From positions 279-64,278 of the forward strand of contig JBBSQD010000006.1 in NCBI GenBank assembly GCA_038258185.1: 64,000 nucleotides of DNA, written 5' to 3'. The position numbers and the translations under genes are program-made. The notes beneath the pieces were generated by a model that did not search any database, was not told the origin of the DNA, and saw only the letters and a program-made list of their open reading frames with translations. The DNA comes from Aggregatilineales bacterium (GTDB lineage: Bacteria; Chloroflexota; Anaerolineae; Aggregatilineales; Phototrophicaceae). The stretch's first letter is position 1. Each line of letters begins with the position of its first letter. Shown here piece after piece: positions 29,316 through 38,792 of the stretch.

Positions 29316-30794
29316 TCAGCCGCCGGGTGGCAGCGTCGCTAACGGATCCTGTGGTGCGCTGGTCGTCGGTGTCACGTTCGAGCCGGGAGGTGGCGGCAAC
29401 GTCGGTTGGCTACCGGCGGTATTTTCCTCAGCGCCGGTGCCGGCTGCATCAATAGTGGGTTGCGCCTGTGAATTCAAGTCTACGCCCCCCGCGCCAGTGT
29501 TCGTGGCCGGATCAGCCGCACAGCGGAAACCCACGGTGATGCTGGATTGATCTGGTTCGAGACTGCGGCGGTGCATCGTGCGTGAGAAGAACGGCATCGC
29601 CGCCCATGACCCACCGCGCAGCACTTTTTGCGTGCCCACAGGCGGCCCTTGCGGGTTCAGGCCAATAGACTCCGGCTGGCGATAATACGTCTCGCTGTAC
29701 CAGTCTGCCACCCATTCTTCGACGTTACCGGCCATATCCAGCAGGCCGTTCTCACTTGCGCCAGTAGGATAGCTGCCAACCGGTACAGCGCCCCGCTGTT
29801 CGGTGTCCACCACCGGACGGCTGGTTTTGGAGTTGTTCACATTGCGGTCATTACCCCAGGGGTAAATACGACCCTGGCTGCCTTTACCAGCACGTTCCCA
29901 TTCAGCTTCGGTGGGCAGACGGCGGCCAATTGCCTCGCAATAAGCCTTAGCACCGTACCATGTCACACCGGCCACCGGGTAATTTTCCAGGAACGGCTGA
30001 ACGCGGTAATTAGCGCTGTCAAAGCTGACGTTGCTCGCATCCGTCTCATTCTGCGTGGCAATACACTGGAAACCTTCACAGCCGTTCAGATGGCTGCGCG
30101 GCCCCAAGAAGTTCAGGAAGGTCAGATACTGCCCGTAAGTCACTTCATCCCGCTCCATCTGGAAGGGGTCCAGAGTGACCGAATGCGGCGGTGACGAATC
30201 TTCGCCGTAGGCCAACTGACAATCACCACCATCGGCCACACAGGCATCTACTGCCGTGCGAACTTCCGCCGCAGTCGTGCCCATTTCAAACGTGCCACCG
30301 GCAATATCAATTGCGGGACTTAAAAGTGAGGTCAGTTCTGGGGGAACCTGCCCCGAATTTGACGCGCCTGCAATTTGTGATCCACCCGTATTCTGGCCGC
30401 CCCCATCCCCCTCATCTGAGTTGTTGGATGGCGCCAGGAATGTCGTCGCGCTTGGCTCGACCTGAATTAAGCTCTCTGGCGTGGGAGGAAGCTCAGTCGG
30501 TGTCGGCGGGGCGATATCGATCTGCTGTGATGTCGCCGTCGCCAGTGGAGCCTGCGTCGGAATCTCAGTCGGCGTAACCGGCGCAGGCGTTGCTGTAATC
30601 ACCTGAACCAATGCCGTCGGTGTTTCTCTGCCCGGTGCGCCCTCTACATCAAGATACAGAAATCCCGTCGCAATAGCGGCCAGCACCAGTGTAATAGAAC
30701 AGCCTAAGCCTAATATGGTGCCGAGTACAAACCACTGCCAGGCACCCCCACCTGAACGGCGATTGCCACCCAGTGAACCGTAATTTCTACCCAT
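29316..30794 (-). CDS. Membrane-anchored formylglycine-generating-enzyme (FGE/SUMF1) domain protein
   Basis: N-terminal anchor WQWFVLGTILGLGCSITLVLAAIATGFLY, then a Thr/Pro-rich linker. The FGE-sulfatase motifs are PVAGVTWYGAKAYCEAIGRRLPTEAEWERAGKG, GNVEEWVADWY and VLRGGSW. Confidence 0.85.
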   Translation of the reverse strand: MGRNYGSLGGNRRSGGGAWQWFVLGTILGLGCSITLVLAAIATGFLYLDVEGAPGRETPTALVQVITATPAPVTPTEIPTQAPLATATSQQIDIAPPTPTELPPTPESLIQVEPSATTFLAPSNNSDEGDGGGQNTGGSQIAGASNSGQVPPELTSLLSPAIDIAGGTFEMGTTAAEVRTAVDACVADGGDCQLAYGEDSSPPHSVTLDPFQMERDEVTYGQYLTFLNFLGPRSHLNGCEGFQCIATQNETDASNVSFDSANYRVQPFLENYPVAGVTWYGAKAYCEAIGRRLPTEAEWERAGKGSQGRIYPWGNDRNVNNSKTSRPVVDTEQRGAVPVGSYPTGASENGLLDMAGNVEEWVADWYSETYYRQPESIGLNPQGPPVGTQKVLRGGSWAAMPFFSRTMHRRSLEPDQSSITVGFRCAADPATNTGAGGVDLNSQAQPTIDAAGTGAEENTAGSQPTLPPPPGSNVTPTTSAPQDPLATLPPGG

Positions 30795-30960
30795 AACGTT
30801 ATAATCTCCTCATATTGAGGCATCAACCCTAAAATCGAAACGGCATTTTACCATATCCTGCCCACTTGTGAACATCAACCCACACGTCAGGTTGCCATAA
30901 ACGACACAGACCCCACGATTGTGAGGTCTGTGCCGATAAGATAATGACGGATAATAACGC

Positions 30961-31152
30961 TTAGATAGAGTTGAGGATATTGCCGTAAATATTGCTCAGT
31001 CCTGGTCCCAGGATAAGAATAAGCGCGACCATGATTACAGCAACGAGAATAAGGAGCATAGCGTATTCGACTAAACCCTGTCCACTATCAAACGATCCAT
31101 CGCGCAGTTTTCTATAAAAGAAATCCTGCATACCTCGGATGGAGAAAAGCAT
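30961..31152 (-). CDS. flp: Flp-family type IVb pilin
   Basis: The G-x4-EY processing motif (SGQGLVEYAMLLILVAVIMVALILILG) is followed by a hydrophobic helix. GGAGG lies 5 nt upstream of the ATG at 31152. Confidence 0.75.
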   Translation of the reverse strand: MLFSIRGMQDFFYRKLRDGSFDSGQGLVEYAMLLILVAVIMVALILILGPGLSNIYGNILNSI

Positions 31153-31423
31153 ATTGGCCTCCATATTAAATTGGAATACCACGAACTGATGACCACCCCA
31201 ATCTCATCCTTACTTAAGACTGGATGAAAAAGACATAAGCCATACCACAATTCTAACATGTAAATTAATTATATTGCAGTAAAATTCGTAAAAAATTGAT
31301 GTCTGGATTACTTGACAATTATGGAGCCAATCGCGTCGTCTGGGTTTAATTAATGTAGTAAGTCCTGTAAAATAAAAATACTTCATTTTTTGATCCGTCC
31401 GACCTTTCAAAGGACGATATCTT

Positions 31424-32440
31424 GTGACCAGTGTAAGCCTCCCCGAAAATTCAACCTTTGCCCATGAAGGATTGCGTCCGGTTAATCTCAGAACGGATCT
31501 CGCCCCACTAGCCGATTTAATCGAACTCGTTTTTGCAGACAGCATGGATCAGAATGGTGCAGCAGCCGTAAGAGAGATGCGCTATCTCAGCAAAATGGGT
31601 GTCGGTCTTAACCTGCTGCCCGGTTTTAACGATCTGGTGCAGGGCATTAGCCTGGGTTATGTCTGGATTGCCAACGATAAACTGGTGGGGAATGTCTCCG
31701 TCTATCCGGCACGCTGGCCGGACAGCCAGCAGCGCGTCTGGATTATTGCAAATGTCGGTGTGCATCCCGACTATCAGCGGCGCGGAATCGCCACGCAACT
31801 GATGCGTGCCGCGCTGGATATGGTGCGCGACAAAGGCGGACACATGGCCGTGCTCCAGGTCGACAATCAAAACGAAACCGCTCAGAATATTTATAAGCGA
31901 ATGGGATTTGTTGCCGAGCGTACCTGGACGACCTGGCGACGCAGCGCCACCACCCGCATTCCGGCACCTTTAGAGAATCGCGTGCTGCATATCAGCCGGC
32001 GCCGGCGTGAAGAATGGCAGGCGGAATATAATCTGGCCGCGCAGTTACGGCCTGCGGATAAAGGCGGGCTGGGCTGGCAGCGTCCGCTGAATCAGAATTT
32101 CTTCAGCAAACCCTTCTGGCAGCAGATTGGGGATATCATCAGCATGCGTGCGTGGGAACGCGTCGTGATACGCTCTGCTGACGAGCAGCAAATCCTGGCT
32201 TCTCTGTGGATCGAAAATGGATTTCTGGCGTCCACAACGCAACTCACCCTGCTGGTTCACCCGGATTATCAGGGAGACTATGATGAAATTCTGCTCAATC
32301 AGGTCACGCGTCGTTACGATACCAAAGGTGCCTTAGTGTTGGAACATCCGAGTGATGAAACTGTGACGGCGGAAGTGTTGCGTCGTTATCAATTCCGCCC
32401 ACAGCGTGAAGTGATTCATATGCGATGGGACGTGAAGTAA
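31424..32440 (+). CDS. GNAT-family N-acetyltransferase with a second, degenerate GNAT-like half
   Basis: Acetyl-CoA motif VHPDYQRRGIATQLMRAALDMVRDKG. The C-terminal half repeats LLVHPDYQGDY. The GTG start is uncertain. Confidence 0.75.
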   Translation: MTSVSLPENSTFAHEGLRPVNLRTDLAPLADLIELVFADSMDQNGAAAVREMRYLSKMGVGLNLLPGFNDLVQGISLGYVWIANDKLVGNVSVYPARWPDSQQRVWIIANVGVHPDYQRRGIATQLMRAALDMVRDKGGHMAVLQVDNQNETAQNIYKRMGFVAERTWTTWRRSATTRIPAPLENRVLHISRRRREEWQAEYNLAAQLRPADKGGLGWQRPLNQNFFSKPFWQQIGDIISMRAWERVVIRSADEQQILASLWIENGFLASTTQLTLLVHPDYQGDYDEILLNQVTRRYDTKGALVLEHPSDETVTAEVLRRYQFRPQREVIHMRWDVK

Positions 32441-32441
32441 A

Positions 32442-33119
32442 ATGAGTGACACGATTCTGCTGGTCGATGACGAGCAGCATATTATTGATTTAGCCCGCAT
32501 GTATCTGGAACAAGAGGCGTTTCAGGTCATCAGTGCGACCGATGGCAAAACCGCGCTGGAAATGATTCTTAATCAACGTCCCGCGCTGGTCGTGCTGGAC
32601 TTGATGCTGCCGGAAATGGATGGCTGGGATGTCTGCCGGCGGGTACGTGCAGAATCTGATGTGCCGATTATCATGCTGACCGCCCGCAATGATGATATTG
32701 ATAAAATCGTCGGGTTAGAGTTGGGTGCGGATGATTACCTCACCAAACCATTTAACCCACGTGAGCTGGTCGCCCGTGTCCGTGCGATTTTACGGCGCAG
32801 TAATAAGCAGGATCTGCCCGTTGAAGGCGATGCCATCAATCTGGGGAATTTGTCGATAGAACCGGATAAACGCCGCGTACGCGTAGGAACCCGCGAAATA
32901 AACCTGCGCATGAAAGAATTCGATTTACTGCTGACACTGGCTGAAAATCCCGGTGTGGTCTTCACACGGGAAAAACTGCTGGACATCGTTTGGGGGTTTG
33001 ATTTCGCCGGGGAAACCCGCACCGTTGATGTTCATATTGCCCATCTGCGCCACAAACTATCGGGCATGGGGCCGCTGATCGAAACCGTATGGGGTGTGGG
33101 TTATAAACTGGACGGCTAA
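32442..33119 (+). CDS. OmpR/PhoB-family response regulator
   Basis: The receiver domain has LLVDDE, VLDLMLPEMDG and MLTA. The winged-helix output domain has VWGVGYKL. Confidence 0.95.
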   Translation: MSDTILLVDDEQHIIDLARMYLEQEAFQVISATDGKTALEMILNQRPALVVLDLMLPEMDGWDVCRRVRAESDVPIIMLTARNDDIDKIVGLELGADDYLTKPFNPRELVARVRAILRRSNKQDLPVEGDAINLGNLSIEPDKRRVRVGTREINLRMKEFDLLLTLAENPGVVFTREKLLDIVWGFDFAGETRTVDVHIAHLRHKLSGMGPLIETVWGVGYKLDG

Positions 33120-33122
33120 TTG

Positions 33123-34628
33123 ATGAGTTTACGCAGACGGCTCCTGCTCTCGTATATTGTGGTGATCGCCATCACGCTGCTGATTATCTCCGGGGCGCTT
33201 ACGCTCTTTCTGGGGGTGCGACAGGCGCCACCACAACAAACCTATCGCGACTTGACCACGTTTGCCGCTGCAAATGTGCGTCCGCTGCTGGACTTAACCC
33301 GTCCACGCATCCTGAGCCGTAATGCGCCGACTACCGATGCGATGATTACGGAAATCAGAGGCATTGCGGAGAATACCGGTATCCGTGCGTTGATCGTCCA
33401 CAAGGATAATCAACAGGTGATTTTTGACAGCGCTGGTCTGATTGACAGCGGCACCCCGCTTGAGTTGAATATCGACAACGATGCACAAGCACCCTCTCTG
33501 CCGCCCAATATGCAACCGCCCGGACAACGCAACCGCACCACGATTTATTATGGCAGTTTCATAGGCAGCGGGCCGGGTGAGTGGTTGTTTATGGCTATTG
33601 AAAACAATGGCGCAAATGCGCCGGATAATATCGTGCTGTTTGCCGAGCCGCGTCCAGACCAATCCCTGCGCAGTGTTCTCGAATCCTATGGCACCTCATT
33701 GATCCGGCCTATTTTGCAGGCAGCCGCGATTGGGTTGCTGGTCGCGGTGGTGATGGCCGCGATTATCAGCCGGACGATTGCCCAACCGTTGCAGGAGATC
33801 GCCACCGCGACGCGTGTTGTCGGGGCAGACGAATATTCCCAGCAGGTTCCGGTCACTGGCCCGCCTGAAGTCCGCGCTGTCGCTGAGGCAATTAATCATA
33901 TGCGCGCAGAAGTCCATACCTCGCAGGCCATCCAGAAGGATTTTATCATCAATGTCAGCCATGACCTGAAAACCCCGCTGACCTCGATTCAGGGCTATTC
34001 GCAGGCCATTATGGATGGCGCGGCACCTGACCCGGTTAAAGCCGCCCGGATCATCCACGAAGAGGCAGCACGGCTGAACCGGATGGTGGTTGAGCTGACG
34101 GATCTCGCTCGTTTGCAAAATGGTCAGCTTTCGATGCAGATCGTGCCGCTGGAAACCAGCCAGATCGTCAATGCCGTGGGGCAGCGGCTGGCGATTGTCG
34201 CTGAGAAGCGCGGGATTCAGCTCAAAATTGATGCACCCTCCATGCCGCAGATCAACGGGGATGGTGATCGGCTGGCGCAGGTCATCACCAATCTCATCAG
34301 CAATGCCATTAAGTACACGCCTAACGGGGGTTGTGTGCAGGTGCGGACTCAGGTCAATAATGGCGGTGTCGAATGGATTGTGCAGGATAACGGCATTGGC
34401 ATCCCGGCGGATGATCTGCCGCGTATTTTTGAGCGGTTCTATCAGGTGGATAAAACGCGTGGGCCGCGACGCGGTACCGGGCTGGGGCTGGCTATTACCC
34501 AGGAAATTGTGCAGGCGCACAAGGGGACTATCAGTGTCACCAGCGCTGGGCAAAATCAGGGGACGACCTTTAGTGTGTGGCTACCTGCGCCGAACTTAAA
34601 AACGGTCGTGACCGGCAAGCGGTCATAA
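33123..34628 (+). CDS. Sensor histidine kinase (2 TM + HAMP + HisKA + HATPase_c)
   Basis: H-box [17 protein letters not shown]-box [11 protein letters not shown]1 DNGIGI and G2 GTGLGLAI. It directly follows the response regulator gene. Confidence 0.95.
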   Translation: MSLRRRLLLSYIVVIAITLLIISGALTLFLGVRQAPPQQTYRDLTTFAAANVRPLLDLTRPRILSRNAPTTDAMITEIRGIAENTGIRALIVHKDNQQVIFDSAGLIDSGTPLELNIDNDAQAPSLPPNMQPPGQRNRTTIYYGSFIGSGPGEWLFMAIENNGANAPDNIVLFAEPRPDQSLRSVLESYGTSLIRPILQAAAIGLLVAVVMAAIISRTIAQPLQEIATATRVVGADEYSQQVPVTGPPEVRAVAEAINHMRAEVHTSQAIQKDFIINVSHDLKTPLTSIQGYSQAIMDGAAPDPVKAARIIHEEAARLNRMVVELTDLARLQNGQLSMQIVPLETSQIVNAVGQRLAIVAEKRGIQLKIDAPSMPQINGDGDRLAQVITNLISNAIKYTPNGGCVQVRTQVNNGGVEWIVQDNGIGIPADDLPRIFERFYQVDKTRGPRRGTGLGLAITQEIVQAHKGTISVTSAGQNQGTTFSVWLPAPNLKTVVTGKRS

Positions 34629-34633
34629 TCTGC

Positions 34634-35644
34634 CTAGAAAGGCAGTGTGGTCGCCTGGAAAGCGTTGGCATAAGCGATGATGCCATCCAGAAACAGGGTG
34701 ACGCTATAGTGCTCTAACGCGCCCATTTCGACCAGATCAACCACCAGCGGTCTGCCAATTTCTGAATTCGGGTCGCGGTAATTAAACTGTTCCCCGTTGC
34801 TTTCGTTGATCACTTTAATGCGCAGGTCAAATGGGCCAGCATCCAGCGAACTGCGGCTGGAGTTAAAGTAAAAAACCATCTGCTGCGCATCCAGCATAGC
34901 CCGATCCACATACACCCATTCACGGTTAAACAGGCTGTAATCACTGCGGATACCAATGCGATCTTCCCATTGATCGCGCACGGTTGGCGGCAGAATAAAG
35001 CGCAGCGTTTCGTATTCCGCTTCAGACCGGCACCAGATATATCGCAGGCTTCTGAGATTGATACGATCACGAATCACGACTTCGGCATGGCGATGGAAAA
35101 TGATGCGGTCGCGTTCTTCTTTTTCAAAACGCGCATCGTGATAAACCAGATCAAACGGCAGCTTTTCAAACGCGTCACTGGTGTCATAAACCAGTGTTTC
35201 TGGCCGGGCGAGACTGCCATAACTGAATGCGGCATCTTCGCGGCAGATCAGTCCTTCAAAGTCGAAGAACAGATAAACCGGCATCGGGCAATGCGCTCCA
35301 CCCAAAACCCGGCGTTTGACCGGGCGAAAGCCCTCGTTACGGTACAGTGTGGGCGTGCGCGGGCGGAAATAAAAACGGACAAAATTCTTCCATTTTTCCT
35401 CCGTCTGGTCGATCACATCCGGGCTGGCACTGTCGGTAAAGCCTTCATATTCCGCCGCGACTGCCGCCCGTGACAGCAACACATCATTCTTGAGAATCGA
35501 CACGACATTCTGCAAATCGGCAAAATGATACAGAAAATACGGCCACCAGCGACGCGACCCTAAGCGAGTGCGCTGACGTAATGTGCTGAGACGCCGCCGA
35601 AAAATTTCAGCATCGCGTTTTTCATGGATGGTGCTTGCGCTCAT
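34634..35644 (-). CDS. DarT-like (DUF4433) ADP-ribosyltransferase with an Arg-rich N-terminal extension and an extra ~100-aa C-terminal domain
   Basis: Motifs appear in DarT order: FLYHFADLQNVVSILKNDVLLSR, FVRFYFRPRTPTLYRNEG, AFSYGSLA, and HRHAEVVIRDRINLRSLRYIW (candidate catalytic Glu). The start ATG overlaps the stop of the upstream macrodomain gene (ATGA). Confidence 0.7.
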   Translation of the reverse strand: MSASTIHEKRDAEIFRRRLSTLRQRTRLGSRRWWPYFLYHFADLQNVVSILKNDVLLSRAAVAAEYEGFTDSASPDVIDQTEEKWKNFVRFYFRPRTPTLYRNEGFRPVKRRVLGGAHCPMPVYLFFDFEGLICREDAAFSYGSLARPETLVYDTSDAFEKLPFDLVYHDARFEKEERDRIIFHRHAEVVIRDRINLRSLRYIWCRSEAEYETLRFILPPTVRDQWEDRIGIRSDYSLFNREWVYVDRAMLDAQQMVFYFNSSRSSLDAGPFDLRIKVINESNGEQFNYRDPNSEIGRPLVVDLVEMGALEHYSVTLFLDGIIAYANAFQATTLPF

Positions 35645-36543
35645 AAACTCACCCTGATTGCCGTAATGTCTTCACTGACAGGTGGGATAAAATGCAGACC
35701 CACACGCCGCTGCCCCTGCATGCGCGACAGGTACACCGGTTGAATGTAATCCAGATGCGTCAGCAGCGCAACCACCTGGGGCGCGTAATTATCAAGGCCA
35801 GAGGGTAAATTCTGCGGCATACAGTAACCGCTCACACGCACATAATGCCACAGGTCAGACAGGGTACTTTCGGAAAGCACCGTCAGCATTTCGCCCTGAT
35901 GATCAAACAGACTAATGCGTTCCTCAAAATCATCCAGCGTGGCCGTAAAAACAGTATTTTCGTCCAGCGTTTCGAAGCGTGTCTGGCGCTGCACCACCGC
36001 GATCATCTCATCGCGGAAGCGGGTAAATGTCGGCACCTGCGGCAGACCATTCAGCCAGGTTTGCTGAGTCTTAAAATCGGTTTTGAGCGCGAACTGATTT
36101 TCCGGCTCATACAGATGGATGTAGATATTAATCGGCAGATCGTGCAGGTAACGCTCCATAACGGGACGCACGACCGTTTCCCAGTCTAACCCGCCCAGGC
36201 CTGCCCCCAACATGGGAAATGAAACTGAAGTCAGACCTTTATCCGCATACGTCGCGACGAATTTTTCCAGCCCCTGTTCCAGATATTCCAGCCGTGAGGG
36301 GTCACGCCAATCGGCTTTGGTGGGGAAGTTCAAAATCCATTTATGGGGCGTTTTATACAGCCACAACTGACCAACTTTGAACTGCTGCTGATCGCATAAA
36401 ATCCGATACTGGTCATTCATCTGCGGATAAAACTGGCGAAACTGGTAAGCGAGTCCTTTGCCCATCGTGCCGACCGTATTCACGGTGTTGACCAGCACTT
36501 TGGCCGGGCTATAGAAAATGTCGCTGACAACATAGGTAATCAT
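35641..36543 (-). CDS. DarG-like macrodomain protein (N-terminal macrodomain + ~150-aa C-terminal domain)
   Basis: SDIFYSPAKVLVNTVNTVGTMGKGLAYQFRQFYP, ILNFPTKADWRDPSRLEYLEQGL and SFPMLGAGLGGLDWETV form the DarG/TARG1-type macrodomain pattern. The start is placed at MITYVV (36543, AGGA 6 nt upstream). An alternative GTG lies at 36612. Confidence 0.75.
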   Translation of the reverse strand: MITYVVSDIFYSPAKVLVNTVNTVGTMGKGLAYQFRQFYPQMNDQYRILCDQQQFKVGQLWLYKTPHKWILNFPTKADWRDPSRLEYLEQGLEKFVATYADKGLTSVSFPMLGAGLGGLDWETVVRPVMERYLHDLPINIYIHLYEPENQFALKTDFKTQQTWLNGLPQVPTFTRFRDEMIAVVQRQTRFETLDENTVFTATLDDFEERISLFDHQGEMLTVLSESTLSDLWHYVRVSGYCMPQNLPSGLDNYAPQVVALLTHLDYIQPVYLSRMQGQRRVGLHFIPPVSEDITAIRVSL

Positions 36544-36682
36544 GAAATATCCTGTCTGGGAGGCTTCCGCCTCAGTGTAACATGCTTTTGGCTGGCTTAC
36601 GGTTAAGTCCACAGGGTGTTTCGACCAATATAGCCATCATCTGCATTGTTTTTCCGCTTCAGGCCATATACAATCAACATAT

Positions 36683-37108
36683 ATGACAATCAAAACAAAT
36701 GATGTTGACTTAACCAAAATCAGCGCCTTAGCCGTCGAAGATGATGCCGGTGGTATGGCGATTATCGGCGTGATGATGCGCTACTTAGGCATAAAAGCCT
36801 ATATTAACACGACCGGTGAAGGTGTGGTGGAAATGGCGCACGCTATGAAACCGCTACCCAAGGTCGTCTTTCTGGATATTGCACTGCCGCGCACCAATGG
36901 CTATGACATCCTCAAATCGATTCGCGCTGATGAAAAGCTGAAAGATGTGCTGGTCATCGCGGTCACGGCACAGGATGCCGATAACGAAATCCCCAAATGC
37001 AAGGAGGCCGGTTTTGATGGCTTCATCGGCAAGCCTATCAGCCGCGGACGCTTTCCCCGGCAGGTGCGACGCATCCTCAGCGGCGAATCCGTCTGGGAAA
37101 CCTACTAA
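36683..37108 (+). CDS. Stand-alone CheY-like receiver domain protein
   Basis: LAVEDD, VFLDIALPRTNG, AVTA and GFIGKP. The protein is 141 aa with no output domain. Confidence 0.85.
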   Translation: MTIKTNDVDLTKISALAVEDDAGGMAIIGVMMRYLGIKAYINTTGEGVVEMAHAMKPLPKVVFLDIALPRTNGYDILKSIRADEKLKDVLVIAVTAQDADNEIPKCKEAGFDGFIGKPISRGRFPRQVRRILSGESVWETY

Positions 37109-37206
37109 TCGCAACCGATTTTCTGCGTTTGAACAGCCTTTTTACAACCTCAGCCCAAAATAACCGTAAACTGAATAAGAACGCCATTTATCTGAGGCTT
37201 TGATTG

Positions 37207-38619
37207 ATGCGCTATCCCCTGTTGTATTACGTCATTGCGATTCCCATAGTGGCTTTGATGAGCTTAATCTTTTTAAGCCCGCTAGTGATCTCACTGGCAG
37301 GAACATCATCCAGCACCAGCAATAACTGGAAACTTTACCGGGTGCAAGCAGATGCCAATACGCCGGGAACGGTTGCTGTGCTGCTGACGGATAGATGTTG
37401 CGACGAAAATACGAATACAGGAATAATTTACGAAACCCGGGATTACGGGGTTAGCTGGGAACTCCTAAGCGATAAAACCAGTCAATGGAGTTTTCAGGAA
37501 GAAACCAGTCGCGAATTTTATTTTGCTAATGGTGACTTACGCTACCAAAATCAATGGATCTGGACGTATCCTCGGTACATGTTTCGGACGTTTTTCTGGG
37601 GTTGGGGGAATGTTGACAACAGCTCGTTTCTAGACATTGAGGCAGGCGTTCACACGGCGGACACCACTTACGTTGCTTTGGGCAGGGACGGCTTGCTGAT
37701 CGGCCCCTATCCGACTGATAGTGATGCACGCTCATGGACACTGGTCAGCGAGCCTTTTCCACAATTAAATCCGCGACCGCTGACGATACGTAACCCATTG
37801 CATCTGCTTCTGATTACTGCACTCGGCCTGCTGATTCCGCCATTGCCGTTTATCCATGCGTGGCTGCTGGCGCAGGTGTGGCGTTACGCTGTGCCGGGTC
37901 ACGATATGGAGGAAGCCTTGCGTCCAGCATGGCGTGTCTCACTGCAACTGACGATCATCGCGGCAGTGGCGGTGATCCTATGGCTCACCAACATCAATAC
38001 GCGCTTTTACGCCATTGTCGGCGGGATGGCAATCGTGGTTGTCGTCGTTGGCCTCATCAATGCCTGGGAGATCGCCCAAAAGGCCAATATGGGGCGCGCT
38101 TTCACCATCAAGTTATTAGCAGGCACAGCCCTGGTATCGCTGATCGTCCCGGCAGGTGTGGCAACAACGCAGTTTGGCTTCGGCTGGACAGTTATCATCA
38201 CCCTGATTACAGGCTTTATGAGCTATCGCCACACCCTGGAAGATGAGATACAAATCAATTCTCATCAGGGAGAGATTGATCACTTATCGTTGGAAGTGCT
38301 CGGTGGAATGTTGTGCACAATGGCCTTGCTGAGCGGCGTGGTTCCGCTACAGCTTGGCGTGGTCGTTGTCGTGACAGCCTACATTGCCGGACGTTTAACC
38401 TGGATAGCCATTCACACTCATGATGACACAACTAAAAAAACCAAAAATGAATCTTCGTTTTCGTATCTTGCGCTTTTATTGAATGGGAACTGGTGGGGAA
38501 TGGGATTTTTCATGACGATTGGATGGTTTTTCGCATCCGGGGCTGTGTCGACCCTGATCTTTTTCACGCAGCTTGCCGCCTGGGGGTATTTCTATCAGGT
38601 CGGCATGGGGAATTTGTGA
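37207..38619 (+). CDS. Membrane protein with an N-terminal BNR/sialidase-like extracytoplasmic region and a C-terminal multi-TM region
   Basis: BNR-like ETRDYGVSWELL near the N-terminus. More than 8 hydrophobic helices lie in the C-terminal half. I recognised no family. Confidence 0.6.
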   Translation: MRYPLLYYVIAIPIVALMSLIFLSPLVISLAGTSSSTSNNWKLYRVQADANTPGTVAVLLTDRCCDENTNTGIIYETRDYGVSWELLSDKTSQWSFQEETSREFYFANGDLRYQNQWIWTYPRYMFRTFFWGWGNVDNSSFLDIEAGVHTADTTYVALGRDGLLIGPYPTDSDARSWTLVSEPFPQLNPRPLTIRNPLHLLLITALGLLIPPLPFIHAWLLAQVWRYAVPGHDMEEALRPAWRVSLQLTIIAAVAVILWLTNINTRFYAIVGGMAIVVVVVGLINAWEIAQKANMGRAFTIKLLAGTALVSLIVPAGVATTQFGFGWTVIITLITGFMSYRHTLEDEIQINSHQGEIDHLSLEVLGGMLCTMALLSGVVPLQLGVVVVVTAYIAGRLTWIAIHTHDDTTKKTKNESSFSYLALLLNGNWWGMGFFMTIGWFFASGAVSTLIFFTQLAAWGYFYQVGMGNL

Positions 38620-38714
38620 TATCGCAGATTTATCCCAATTATATCCCAAAATTTAAAGTGGTCTTTATAAATCAGGCAGAGTTGGTGCTGTTCAAGGAAA
38701 TAAATAAAACAGAA

Positions 38715-38742
38715 GTACGGACATGGCATGCCATGTCCGTAC
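38715..38742. terminator. 28-nt perfect palindrome, bidirectional terminator candidate
   Basis: gtacggacatggca|tgccatgtccgtac lies between convergent genes. It is flanked by A-rich sequence (upstream) and T-containing sequence (downstream). Confidence 0.65.
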
Positions 38743-38792
38743 ATATTAATGCTTTTAACTGATTTATCTGCTTAACTAGCGTGATGCTGATT

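Noticed and set aside
29209-29550. 113-aa plus-strand ORF overlapping the end of phhA and the 3' end of the FGE-domain gene.
   Set aside because: It spans a terminator hairpin and is antisense to a well-supported gene. Its composition is low-complexity Gly/Ala/Val.
31210-31545. 111-aa minus-strand ORF upstream of the GNAT gene.
   Set aside because: It lies mostly in AT-rich promoter DNA and overlaps the GNAT start. It has no RBS and its sequence is not protein-like.
33696-34553. 285-aa minus-strand ORF within the histidine kinase gene.
   Set aside because: It is an antisense shadow ORF. The plus strand shows the complete H, N, G1 and G2 boxes.
34629-34645. Small palindrome tgcct-agaa-aggca between the convergent kinase and DarT-like genes as a possible terminator.
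   Set aside because: The stem is only 5 bp, it overlaps the stop codon of the DarT-like gene, and there is no U-tract. That is too weak to call.
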